Positions 13,001-24,400 are shown, counted from the stretch's first letter. The stretch is DNA of 64,000 bases from Nemertoderma westbladi (GCA_032718475.1 JAUCBJ010006724.1:8472-72471), one strand, 5' to 3'. Notes: generated by a model not told the origin, from the letters alone. Program-made: numbers and translations.

Positions 13001-13518
13001 AGCCGATGCTCCAGCCGTTATCCCGTGAAACTTTCACCCATCGTACCACCTCGACGGACCAGCAGGCGAGGCTGGATGTGTCTGTGAGCGGCTTCTGGGG
13101 AAACCGATTCCAGCGGTCGTTCATCGACGTGTCCGTGTTTAACCCGCTGGCGGCGACGAACGCGGCTATGTCCCTAGACGCAGCGCACCTCCACCACGAG
13201 AATCGTAAGATTCTTAAGTACGAGGAGAGGATACGGGAGGTGGAACATTCTACTTTCGTCCCCCTCATATTCTCGGCCTTTGGCGGGATGGCGCCGACCA
13301 CGCGCCAGTTTGTTAAGCGCCTGGGACAGAAGCTCGCGGACAAACGCGAGGTCAGGTACTCGGAATGCGTCACGTGGATCCGGCGCAAGTTAAACTTCGC
13401 GTTGCTTCGTTCCTCCCTGCTCTGCCTTCGAGGTTGTAGGTCAGCCTCTAAACGGCCGGTTCATTGTCCAGTGTCTGATGCCTCCATTCGGTTGGACAAC
13501 GCCGACACTGAGCCGTAG
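10048..13518 (+). CDS. CRE-like polyprotein: Cys-rich N-terminus, Pro-rich repeat, RT, CCHC, RLE nuclease
   Basis: RPIGIGEVLRR, IDATNAFN, GSTQGDP, WYADD, CACG..HVLSC, RHNEIRD, RLDV..FIDV, ENRKILKY. First ATG at 10048. Confidence 0.93.
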   Translation: MVCCGCSNSKSGRRCQRCVCAVEGRQCSSCAPGRNGNCANGGQTSSSQPLPSTYGAIPVASEGSLSQPVDSGTPDSGDEGDDDDTDWHDTLVDFDTTLTESTSNEAITPFKPNQASVVDPLVDPASVVGPLVPPASVVGPLVPPAPVVGPLVPPASVVDLLVPSAPVVGPLVPPAPVVGLLAPPASGISPLVPPTGSSVGPAPLAGPSCVTGSTEVTWAHVKLPKQHIEKSIADAYGVIVHWRPNLFLVPQGAGGRAFVAEMCRILILATTNNVLQEVSLTALLLMPALLLQKPGRSSTTAIHRRILERRLESWKAGNFNELLIEARAIQSHLPKLRQFESQEVMRQKTFVRHMLTGNVSAATRCLRDLTRGKPLRLDDTFTDKDGVTKVVRDVLREKHPAAKPADESVLLTEFDRAPEFHNVVFERLDGPCIQSCLLRMKGNAAGPSGLDVQGWKHLLTRFRNPSAELCERIADLAKRLAQVVVPPGSLSALLSSRLLALDKNPGVRPIGIGEVLRRVIGKATVLCISPDLQAVGGSVQMCLGQKAGIEHAIHSLNNSFASEDCDGILQIDATNAFNVLNRSAVLHNIGLVCPALHTIVTNCYSEPVRLFVGGETLYSEEGSTQGDPVAMPMFGCGITPLLDELDRGCDVEQKWYADDGNAGGRLGELRKFFDIACSRGPLYGYYPSKCVLTVKPDKLVEAEALFANTIVTIDTTGNKLLGGVIGTEEFCSSYVEEKVDEFAEEVDRLAEIAAVDPHCAYAGLAFGLSCRWRFLTRVIPNATEHFGKLEETLQRFIAKLLDRPSLSAVERQLVSLPTRDGGLGIPVPSDLETQYDHSRRVCEPFADAESMAAVRTEQRRIVIEVKAESITSSRTKREQVYAQLPTDQRKLCELTTEKGASAWLNSKPLTLQVTHLSKEEFRDAVCLRYGWCPKNLPSRCACGARFSATHVLSCPTGGFPSIRHNEIRDFVANSLTEVAYSVAVEPMLQPLSRETFTHRTTSTDQQARLDVSVSGFWGNRFQRSFIDVSVFNPLAATNAAMSLDAAHLHHENRKILKYEERIREVEHSTFVPLIFSAFGGMAPTTRQFVKRLGQKLADKREVRYSECVTWIRRKLNFALLRSSLLCLRGCRSASKRPVHCPVSDASIRLDNADTEP
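10393..10630 (+). repeat. Coding 30-bp tandem repeat (PASVVGPLVP, ~8 copies)
   Basis: In-frame repeat within the CRE ORF. Confidence 0.9.
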
Positions 13519-13747
13519 CCTGGTAGTACAGCGCAGTCGTACAGGCCTACAATAGCTGACCAGTACTGCAGTAGGCCTACAACATAAACAACCAACTGTT
13601 TTGAATTTCCCCCTTACATCCGTATCACTGTACCTCATTGTATAAATCAGATTTGGTGATAGGGTGTAATAGTGCAATTTGAAATCCATTGTATCAACTA
13701 TGTTATTATACTATCATCTCACCCAAGCACCAAAAAAAAAAACCGTA

Positions 13748-15085
13748 CTGTATATTGTGGTAATTAGACACTCTTGCATTCTGTATATTGTGGTAATTAG
13801 ATGCAGTGTGGTCTTGTGGTAAATAGACACTGCGTTATGTATATTGTGGTAATTAGACGCAGTATAGTATTGTGGTAATTAGAGACTTGCGTTCTGTATA
13901 TTGTGGTAATTAGATGCCATTGTAAAATAATATTGTGGTAATTAGATGCAGTGTGCAGTGTAGTCTTGTTCGTAAATAGATTGTGGTAATTAGACGCAAT
14001 ATAGTGTTGTGGTAATTAGACACTTGCATTCTGTATATTGTGGTAATTAGATGCCATTGTAAAATAATATTGTGGTAATTAGATGCAGTGTAGTCTTGTG
14101 GTAATTAGATGCAGTATAGTCTTGTGGTAATTAGACACTTGCGTTCTGTAAATTGTGGTAATTAGATGCCATTGTAAAATAATATTGTGGTAATTAGATG
14201 CAGTGTGCAGTGTAGTGTTGTTCGTAAATAGATTGTGGTAATTAGACGCAGTATAGTTGATAGTCTTGTGGTAATTAGACGCAGTATAGTCTTGTGGTAA
14301 TTAGACGCAGTATAGTCTTGTGGTAATTAGACGCAGTATAGTCTTGTGGTAATTAGACACTTGCGTTCCGTATATTGTGGTAATTAGATGCCATTGTAAA
14401 ATAATATTGTGGTAATTAGATGCAGTGTAGTCTTGTGGTAATTAGACGCAGTATAGTCTTGTGGTAATTAGACACTTGCGTTCTGTATATTGTGGTAATT
14501 AGATGCCATTGTAAAATAATATTGTGGTAATTAGATGCAGTGTGCAGTGTAGTGTTGTTCGTAAATAGATTGTGGTAATTAGACGCAGTATAGTCTTGTG
14601 GTAATTAGACACTTGCGTTCTGTATATTGTGGTAATTAGATGCCATTGTAAAATAATATTGTGGTAATTAGATGCAGTGTAGTCTTGTGGTAAATAGACA
14701 CTTGAGTTCTGTATATTGTGGTAATTAGATGCCATTGTAAAATAATATTGTGGTAATTAGATGCAGTGTAGTCTTGTGGTAAATAGACACTGGAGTTCTG
14801 TATATTGTGGTAATTAGATGCCATTGTAAAATAATATTGTGGTAATTAGATGCAGTGTGCAGTGTAGTCTTGTTCGTAAATAGATTGTGGTAATTAGACG
14901 CAGTATAGTCTTGTGGTAATTAGACACTTGCGTTCTGTATATTGTGGTAATTAGATGCCATTGTAAAATAATATTGTGGTAATTACAGTAGATGCAGTGT
15001 AGTCTTGTGGTAAATAGACACTTGAGTTCTGTATATTGTGGTAATTAGATGCCATTGTAAAATAACATTGTGGTAATTAGATGCC
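13748..15085 (-). repeat. Right-arm satellite, core TTGTGGTAATTAGA, with ~89-bp higher-order unit
   Basis: Reverse complement of the left-arm array; more units at ~9750-9820, left of the CRE insertion. Confidence 0.95.
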
Positions 15086-16088
15086 TGTATCGAATTGTTG
15101 GGGTAGATTGTGGTAGATTGTGGTAGTTTGTGGTAGGTTGGGGTAGGTTGGGGTAATTAGTAGGACCGGTTTAACGCACACTGGCAGCTGGCTGAGTACA
15201 GTCACATGAGTGGTAGACTGGTGGCTGACAGGCCATATTGAAAGGTTTTACATGTACGCCGAGCACATTCGGTGCAGCACTAGAACTTGCACCAGGAGCT
15301 GGCACAGAAATGTCCTACGCCGGGCAATGAGTCTGAAGGGTCGGTGCTACGCTGGTGTAGCCATAGCCAGCGTAGCACCAACAATGATAGAGATGCTGCG
15401 CTCGGTGCAAATTAATTGAAATCACGAAAATACATACAAAAATTTGCTCGCGTTTATTTTTCATTTCATATTCTTCAAACTGTCAAATGTCTCTTTCTAT
15501 CATTTCACGAATACGGAACTAAAAATTTATCAATTTATTTTAACTACTATTGTTATTTGTTATGTTTATGTTAGTAAACAGGTAAAGTCAGAAAGTAACA
15601 ATGTAGGCCTATTAAGTATGACTTACTGTAATTATCAGATTATATAAGCCAACTGTATGTTAAGAGTGTAAGAGTCAGAGAGTAAGACTAATTATTATAC
15701 ACAGTATTACTGCAGTACTGGTACCTAATGATAATGAAGTATTGCATATTTATTCAAATTTTACACAGTATAGAGTAATGTATTTTCAAATATAAATGTA
15801 GTGGATTACAAAAATATTTTTTAATATTACCGGCATACCGGCGACAATTTTGAATGAAACGCGCAAACTTTTAAAAAAGGAATGTAAAATTGTTCTTATG
15901 AGCTGTACGATTTTTTGGATTTTTTGCACGTTTTGAGATATGGCATGAAATGAGCTATACCAGTCTGCCAGTATACTGGTATATGTGACTTTCTATGGAT
16001 TACGATGAGGTGTGCGACGAGCCAATTTCAGGCAGTCAGGTGCGCGGTGATCTTGAAACAACAAAGTGTACCTACTCGCTCATGAATG

Positions 16089-16967
16089 AATTCCAACCTG
16101 GGCTATAACCACCTATAACGAGCTATAATATGAAAATTTACATTAAAAAAACGCCCCTAGGGTGTTTTTAACTTTTGGATTAACACCAAACACGGTGGTC
16201 TGAAAAATACCGCAGGTTAAAACTTAGGCTGTTAGGGTAGGCCTATCTGCCTATGCTGCTATGCCTAATTGATACTGGTAAGATTTTTTATTGGCCTATA
16301 TTGCTCACTCACTATATGCTATATTCCTGTATTCTATATCTATATCGACCAGACTGCCAGAAGCTGACAGCGGATAGCACGATGGAGGATAGACAGAGAG
16401 ATGGGAGACCTCTCCACTGCTGCACTGTCTGATAGTCAGATAATGCAGTACTGCAGTAGTCAGGCAGTCAGGTAGGCCTAGTGCCTAGTGCAGTAGTCTG
16501 GTAGTGGCATGCTGACTAAAATGCAATAATGACTGATTCCGTGATACCACAAAGATGAAAAGCATTATGGACTAAAAAAACAAATTGTGTAATTAAATTA
16601 CTGACTAGGAAAATAAATCCATTCTAATTTAGTTTAGTTTATTTCGCCACACATGTTAAAATACATGAATACAACAAACAATTATACCTGGCTGCCTGGC
16701 ATCAACTTATAAATACGCTACTGCGTGTTACACGACGGTATTGTTGCTAAATAATAATAAAAATAATAAAAGTAAAATATGTTTTTTTATTGTAAATTTT
16801 CAGATTATCTGATTATAGCTCGTTATACAGTTATAGGTGGTTATAGCTTGTTATAGGAAGTTATAGCCCATTAACTGATTAAAGCTCGTTATAGCCCATT
16901 ATAGATCGTTCTACCTTTTAATACTTACCCTGTACATTCTCTTCTCAATGCAACCCAGGTTGGAATT
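16089..16967. mobile_element. Putative small TIR element with TTATAG subterminal repeats
   Basis: 14-bp inverted pair aattccaacctggg / cccaggttggaatt; ctataacgagctataa at ~16113 is mirrored by repeated ttatag motifs at 16813-16905. No clear TSD. Confidence 0.4.
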
Positions 16968-16988
16968 TATGTAGAGGTAGCTCAACAT

Positions 16989-17110
16989 GTGTGGCGCGGA
17001 TTAAGGATCCTGGCGCGTAGTGACAGGGGCGTGTGGCGCGGATTAAGGATCCCGGCGCGTAGTGACTGGGGCGTGTGGCGCGCATTGAGGATCCTGGCGG
17101 TCCTGGCGCG
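16989..17110. repeat. 42-bp GC-rich tandem repeat (~2.7 copies)
   Basis: gtgtggcgcggattaaggatcctggcgcgtagtgacaggggc repeated. Confidence 0.85.
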
Positions 17111-18122
17111 AATATGGATGTAGGGTTAGGTTAGAACAGTAGGAGGTAGCGTAGCAGTGCACTAGCAACACATCCCACTCTACAGCTCTATTTCAGTATT
17201 TGAAATTATTCCATAGGTTTATAAAGATCGAAAAATGTCTGCTCGCTTCGCTTGCGTTTATACTATAACTGTATAAGTCTACTCTTAGCACTGTTTGGCT
17301 GTGGACAAATGGAAACGGACAGATTGAGCATGACCATTAAAAACATGACTTGTTTCAAAAGTTTTTCAATTGTCAGATTCTTCAAACCAATAAAACCATG
17401 ACAGCCTGCATGATTCAGCAGACAGTCTGGGAAATTAGCCCAATAGGGAAATTTTAAAATTTCTCTATAAGGAAACTTTTATTTCCCTATAGGGAAATTT
17501 TTGCATAATCGCTATAATCGCTATGGGGAAACATGCATATGTTTCCCTATAGGGAAATTTTACCATGGATATCTCTCACAATCAGACAATGACATCAAAA
17601 ATTTCCCGATAGGGAAATATTGCAAAATTTCATAAAAGTTTAGGTGGTTTGTTGATAACTGATATAAATGTATAACTGCAAACATCACTGTGAGCTGAAA
17701 TTCCAACAACATGTTTGTCTGTTTGTTGTTGTGCTCTCTATGCCTCTCTACAGCTCTATGCTACATACATGCAGTACATAAATCATGTAGAATATCTATA
17801 GCACAGACCTGTAGACTTTAGATGTGTTGTTAATACCACTGTGCGTTCATGCATCTTCTTTCATTGTCTTTGGAATAGCCTATGTACAGATGTATACGTT
17901 CGTTCATACTATAGATTAATATGTACTGTATATTGCATTGGTGTATTATTGTATTTGTCTGTTTGTATTAATATATATTATAGTTATATTATATTTATTC
18001 ACAGCCATTGCCATAGTTTTGGATTACAGTAAATTTCTATTTGAATTTGAGTGTAGCATTATTAAAAATAATAGGGTGGTATATGTAAAGCCTGTTGTCA
18101 GCTGACTAATAACTATCCCTCG

Positions 18123-19290
18123 ATGTTCCAGGATCTGAGCTCTATTAATTGGGCCTCCATCTTAGAGCCATTAGACCTACATTCATCATTGGACCTATTT
18201 CAAAAAGAGCTGATTTCCACATATAAACATAACATTCCAACTAAGTCAGGACCTTCATCCAGTAAACCTAAGTGGATAAATGGATTCGTCAAATCTCAAA
18301 TAAGGATTAAGGAACAAGCTTGGATTAGCTACAAAAATAAAAAAAAATTTTCTTCATTCACAGCCTACAACAAGCAAGCTAGAAACAGATGTATTTCGGT
18401 AATTAAACAGGAGAAGGTTGCCTACGAACGTAAAACTGCAAGTAATGTCCCTAGTAACTCCAAAATATTTTGGAAATTTATACAGTCAAAGTACCAAAGG
18501 CAAGACAAGCAATACAGGATGATGGTTCGTTTGCTAGCTGATATTGAAAAGGCTACTTTTAATTTATTAATAAGTCAATGAATGAAAGAGCGCTTCGCTT
18601 GGAAGCTCGCCAACCTGCCAACATTTCTCCATGCTATTTAAGAATGGTAGTAAATATTTGTGTGAAAACTTCGGATCTATCAGTCTAACTTCAGTGGTCT
18701 GCAAACTTATGGAACGAAATATTGTCAATGAAACATACAGCTGTATATCTACTGTCTATAACCTTATACCCTGTGGCCAATACGGTTTCCAGAAAGGCAG
18801 AAAGGGTGATCATGCACTCTGCAACTACTTGATTATATCTTCCATTGGTTCAAAGTACTAGATGATCGCATGTGCATCGATGTGTACTTGGACTTTCGGA
18901 AAGCCTTTGATTCAGTGCCACAGCAGAGACTGATTGTCAAATTGCATGCCCCCTGGAATAACCGGCTTAAGTTATTAAATTGGTTTCGGGCGTTTCTCTG
19001 ATGTTGTTGTCATGATGTTCCAACTCTACTCATTCATCTTTTCACCGATGACCTCAAAGACACCGCTATACTGCTATATTCGACCCCAGTAACATCACCT
19101 CTATTGCCCCAGTGATTTGGATATCCTGTACCGCTGGAGCAAATTGTGGCAACTTCTTTTTAACCACGACCAATGTAAGGCTGTAAGCCTGTAAGCTGTA
19201 CTGCTGTAAGGTAATGCTCGACCACTCACTAAAGTCCACAGATTTACAAAAAGACTTGGGAGTCCTATGATTAGTGATTGTGAATGACAT
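18123..19290 (+). pseudogene. Heavily degraded CR1-type ORF2 relic
   Basis: KPKWING, NSKIFWKFI, ISLTSVVCKLMER, QYGFQKG, YLDFRKAFDSVP, FTDDLK and KDLGV fragments. Confidence 0.85.
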
Positions 19291-19603
19291 TCGTGATTGG
19301 TTAATTCAACACATTACTCTTGGATACTATTATCATGAAATCTTTAGTCAGTGTCTTTCATTTCGAAGTGTGTGTTGTGCAAGGGAATTGCCATAAAAGC
19401 TTAAAAGGTGAAGGAATATTGTAAGGGGGGGTGATGTTTTTGATGAAAATAAACAACCTCTGATTAAAAGTAAATGATGTGTATAAATTCAAATATAAAA
19501 TAATGAAGTGTAGGTTAGGCTGTTAGGTAGTGTACCATTATTCAATAGGCCTATATTTTGAATCAAAGCACTTAATATTATTCATTATTATTAAAACAGA
19601 AAA

Positions 19604-19735
19604 CTTTTCTGGCAACCAACTCATGGAAAGCGTAGTCGTGGACGACCTGCCATAACATATATAGATCAACTTGAAAGGGATACTGAACTTGGGAGAAACG
19701 AAATTGCGACAACTATGGAGAGTAGTAGTAGTAGT
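19604..19735 (+). mobile_element. 3' end of an RTE-type LINE with (TAG)n tail
   Basis: Aligns to ~40770-40930 (ctggcaaccaactca..aaagcgtagtcgtggacgacc..gacaactatggaga) and ends in agtagtagtagtag. Confidence 0.8.
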
Positions 19736-20165
19736 ATTAAAACAGAAACCAGGAAAGGTACGTACAGTCTAAAATAAATAAAAATCATGTAAAATTAATT
19801 AAAAACCAAGATTTGCATAATTTCCCTATAGGGAAAACTTTAATTTCCCTATAGGGAAACACAAATTTCCCTATAGGGAAATAAATAAGTTTCCCTATTG
19901 GGCTAATTTCCCAGACTGGCAGAATTTCCGTGCTCGCTACGCTCGCCAGCCAGGGCTGGCAAAGTAGGTAATAACCATAAACCATAAACTAGTTTTTGTA
20001 GGTTTTTGTCAAAAACCTAAAATTTGAAAAAAGCCTAAAACTAGGTTTTATGTTTTTGATTTTTCATCTTTAATTTGCCTTTTAATTTCATTTGTACTGT
20101 ACACTCAAAACAACTGAACAAGTCAACTTGCATTGTCAGCTGATGAGTTCCAGTCCAGTCCAGTT

Positions 20166-20600
20166 CAGTAAGGGAAAATACCCCGAATCGGGGTATAGAA
20201 GCAAACCCCCATTCGGGGTTTTGTGATACCCCGATTCGGGGTTCTCCCATAGACATTTTTTCTCCTTCATTTCCGCATATGAAGATTTTAATTCCGCAAT
20301 TTCGTTTTAACATATTCGAATACACATTGGTGTGTACTACAAATAAGAAAACTTTGGAGTAATAATGAAATCTTCCGGCTTCGATATTGTACCGGAAAAT
20401 CTAATGTAAATTATACCCCGAATCAGGGTATCCAGGACTCCCTGTACCCCGAATGGGGGCTTGTGATATATTCATACAGCCTGCAGAAGCACCGATTCGG
20501 GGTCAGTATTTTCTAGTACACCGATTCAGGAATTCAATTTTCTCGAAAATACACCGAATCAGCTCTTTTTTTCCACTCTGACACCGATTCGGTGTATATT
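20166..20600. repeat. Array of palindromic CCCCGAATCGGGG / CACCGATTCGG motifs; probable orphan DNA-transposon end
   Basis: About 9 motif copies following cagtaagggaaaata; no partner end found. Confidence 0.55.
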
Positions 20601-20893
20601 TTCTAGTCGTTTTTTATATTTTTAATGGATTTTCGTGATGTAATTCATATTTTAATTAGTATTAGTGTTATATAAACGAACAAATTAATTAAAATATTTA
20701 ATATATTTTCGATGCGAGTATATTTGGTGATTTCCTATTGTATTATTGTTTGTTATTATACGTAATTTGTCATCGTCAGTGACAAATTGGTAGTGTAATA
20801 AATGGGCCAAGTTTATAATGTGAGCTATTCCTGGTGGCAGAGCAGTTGCCGCTAATGTGATTTACAGTAGGCTATTACATTTATTTTTTATTA

Positions 20894-21218
20894 GTTGTGA
20901 GTAGTTTAAGTCATAACTCTGTTTATGTAGATAAAGCGCCACGTCCTAAAGGAACTGTTAATATTACCGAAGGTGAATAATATTGTCAGAGATTATATAA
21001 TACTGTCAGTCGAATAATACATTAGGCTTACATAGCAATAAAAATTAAACCGTCGAACCCAATCTCCCGGGAATATCCAGCGGGTGAATGGTCGCGCACG
21101 GATTGGTTTCGACTAGTGTAGTGAATAAAATACTTGTCATAGACTAAAAGCAGATTTAATATCTAGAAGACATCTTAATTTGGTGGGTTAAACTGCCAAA
21201 GGTCTGAAAGCGCGAACA
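20894..21218 (+). mobile_element. 3' fragment of a BEL/Pao LTR (family of 61869-63072)
   Basis: Closely matches the reverse complement of 61869-62193 and ends at the LTR terminus aaagcgcgaaca. Confidence 0.9.
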
Positions 21219-21220
21219 AG

Positions 21221-21484
21221 GCCAAACTGCTACGAAACATCCCAAGCTACCACAATATCTACATATCACCGGACCTAACTCCTGCAGAACAAAAAATACA
21301 ATTCGACTTGAGAGAGGAAAAACGGAACTTGGAACAACAACAGCCAGAAAAAACGTGGATTATATATCGAGGAACTGTAAAAGAAAAGACATCACAGCAC
21401 TCAACCCCAGACTCAACGGGATTTGCAGGGAACCAGACCTCAACCTTGCACAATAGTAACGATACATCTCAAACCCTGGATTGA
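21221..21484 (+). pseudogene. C-terminal fragment of LINE ORF1
   Basis: AKLLRNIPSYHNIYISPDLTPAEQKIQFDLREE resembles VYIDQDLTRLQGEQQFNKRE in the CR1 ORF1 at 35218-36330. Confidence 0.75.
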
Positions 21485-24400
21485 CTACCACGAAAACAAT
21501 CAAACGCGACCACAGTGCTACACCCAACACTCGAGACCTTCCTCAACAAAGGTATCCACATTACACACCTGAACATTAGAAGTTTGTTACCTAAACTCTC
21601 CGAAATAAAACTCATCCTAAACACACAAACCATCGACATACTCACCCTATCAGAAACTTGGCTGGACGCATCAATAACTAAAGAAGCCGTGAAAATAAAT
21701 GGATATGAAATGCATAGAAATGACAGGAACAGGGAAGGAGGTGGGGTAGCAATTTATATCTCGGAGAATCTTACTTTAAACCCAATAACTCCACAACAAA
21801 TCACCAACCCAACACCCGAATGCCTTTTTGGCAGTCTCCACCTACCACAAAGTAAACCGATTCTCATAGGAACAGTATACCGCCCACAGTCAACCCTAAC
21901 ATTCTTTGAGGACCTCGAAAACACTATCGGAGACACCACAAACTACAAAGAAATTTTTATACTAGGTGACACCAACAGCGACACCCTCAACACTCGCGAC
22001 CCTAACACAGCAACACTACGGCACAAACTACAATCGTTCTGTAATACCTCTGGTCTAGAACAAATCATTAAGGAGCCAACCCGTGTATCCAAAACGTCAC
22101 AGACCACCATCGACCACATATTTGTTTCCTCACGACAATCTGAGATGATTAGCGCTAGTGGTGTAATTAAAACCGGCCTAAGTGATCACTATATGGTATA
22201 CGTCACCCGCAAAAGGAAAAAGAAGAACAATGCCTCTAAGCACACAACCCGATTATGTCGATCATACAAACACTACACAGCCGAGACCCTCCAGAACCAC
22301 CTAAGAAACAGCTCTGACCTAAAGAACATGCCCTCGATATCATGTCCTGACGCCGCAGCCAATCTACTCACAAAAGAAATCACGCGCATCCTCAACACCA
22401 TCGCACCAAGAAAAGAAATCCGCGTCAAAAACTCTATTGAACCCTGGATGACCCGCGACATAACAGATAAAATACAATCCCGAAATAAGGCTCTCCTATT
22501 ATTTCACAACCACAGAACAGCCTCCAACCACTCCGCATACAAAAACCTAAGGAACGAAGTCACACAACTGATCCGGCTATCAAAATCATCATATATTAGA
22601 CAACAGTTAGAGAACAACAAAACAAACAGTAAAGAACTATGGCGAACACTGAAAAGAATCGGCGCACCCTCTAAGAAATCAAACTCTCCTAGCACAGCCA
22701 TCTCCTGCCTAGAGATTGATAAGAAACTGATACATGATCAGGAAACCATAGCTGACTCATTAAACAGCTACTACACCAACGTAGCTGTATCTCTCCAAGA
22801 TCTACTACCTGAACCCTCAGGACACTACAATGGCCCTGCTGTCGAAGAATTCTACCTAAACAAAGGAATCAGTAAAAACAGCTTCAGCCTCCAAACCACA
22901 GACTGCAGCACAGTTTCAAAGATACTGGGTAACCTCGACCCATCCAAAAGCAGTGGCCCAGATGACATCTCCCCTCGAATTCTAAAGGATGGTGCCGCCA
23001 TAATAGGAGTGCACCTAACACATATGATAAATCTATCCATCACCTCAGGTATATTCCCTACCCCCTACAAACTGGCAAAAGTAGTTCCTATAATGAAAAA
23101 AGGCAACAGACTAGACCGCTGCAACACCAGACCGATATCCCTACTACAAACGGCTTCCAAAATCCTCGAGAAAGTGGTGTACATACAATTTGCCAACTAT
23201 CTATATTCCAACAACATTATAGACGACTATCAATCCGGCCTCCGACCCGGCTACTCAGTCCAAACGTGCCTACTATACCTCGACGACCAAATTCGTGATG
23301 CTATCGAAAACGGGAAACTTATGGGACTGGTTGCAATTGACATCCAAAAGGCATACGATTCAGTAGATTGATCAATTCTGCTACACAAACTTGAATGTAT
23401 CGGCATGGACGCCCATTCAATTACATGGTTTCGCTCGTACCTGACAGACAGATACCAATATGTTCAGGTTGGAAATAAATCATCAAAGATACTGCCCATC
23501 AACTGGGGAACTCCCCAAGGTGCGCTACTCGCGGTGTTGTTGTTCCTAATCTACATAAACGACTTTGACCTGGCTATAACAATAACCCCGACTCACCATT
23601 TGCCATCGATCACCCCGACCGTCGCCACACCACCAGCCAACCAGACCATTGCAACAACAACACCAACGACCAACCCGGCCGTCACCACACCAACGGCCAA
23701 CCCGGCCGCGGCTACGCCACTGGCCACACCGGCCATCGCCACGCCAACGGCCATCCCGGCCACGAACACGCTACCGGCCACCCCGACCGCCGCCACACCA
23801 ACGGCCAACCCGGGCGTGACCATGCCACTGACCACCCAGGTCGTCGCCACTCTATCGGCCACCCCGGCCGTGACTACGCCACTGGCCACCCCGGTCGTCG
23901 CCACCCTATCGGCCACCCTGGCCACGACTACGCCACTGGCCAACCCGGCCGTCGCCACTCTGTCGGCCACCCCGGCCACAACTACGCCACTGGCCACCCC
24001 GGCCATCACCACTCTATTGGCCACCACGGCCGCGACTACGCCACTGACCACCCCGGCCGTCGCCACTCCATTGACCACCCTGGCCGTGACTACGCCACTG
24101 GCCACCCCAGCCGTCGCCACTCTATCGGCCACCCCGGCCGTGACTACACCACTGGCCACCCCGGCTGCCGCCACTCTACCAGCCACACTGGCCGCGACTA
24201 CGCCACTGGCCACCCTGGCCGTCGCCACTCTATCGGCCACCCCAGCCGCAACTACGCCACTGGCCACCCCGGCCATCGCCACTCTATCAGCCACCCTGGC
24301 CGTGTCTACGCCACTGGCCACCCCAGCTGACGCCACTGTATTGGCCACCCCGGCCGCGACTACGCCACCAGCCAACCCGGCCGCCGCAATGAAATACGCG

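Larger units (their letters stand above)
9847..13741 (+). mobile_element. Full-length CRE-like non-LTR retrotransposon (restriction-like endonuclease)
   Basis: Single intact ORF; poly(A) at ~13732-13742; TSD accgtactgtatat at 9833-9846 and 13742-13755. Confidence 0.9.
8022..15168. mobile_element. Non-autonomous foldback-type DNA transposon with satellite-containing inverted arms
   Basis: Termini (g/c)ggtcctactaattaccccaacctaccccaacctaccacaaactaccacaatctac are inverted at both ends; inner inverted pair at 8602-8680 and 9539-9617; flanking direct repeat gtttaacgcacactggcagc at 8002-8021 and 15169-15188. Confidence 0.85.
17423..19918. mobile_element. Non-autonomous DNA transposon, 29-bp TIR, 5-bp TSD
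   Basis: TIR cagtctgggaaattagcccaatagggaaa at both ends; gcaga at 17418-17422 and 19919-19923; subterminal palindromes tttccctatagggaaa. Confidence 0.8.

Noticed and set aside
13748-15085. CRISPR-like look (constant core with variable spacers)
   Set aside because: The spacers are a few recurring types, there are no cas genes, and the context is a eukaryotic transposon arm.
17121-17134. Telomere-like tagggttaggttag
   Set aside because: Only about two degenerate units; not an array.
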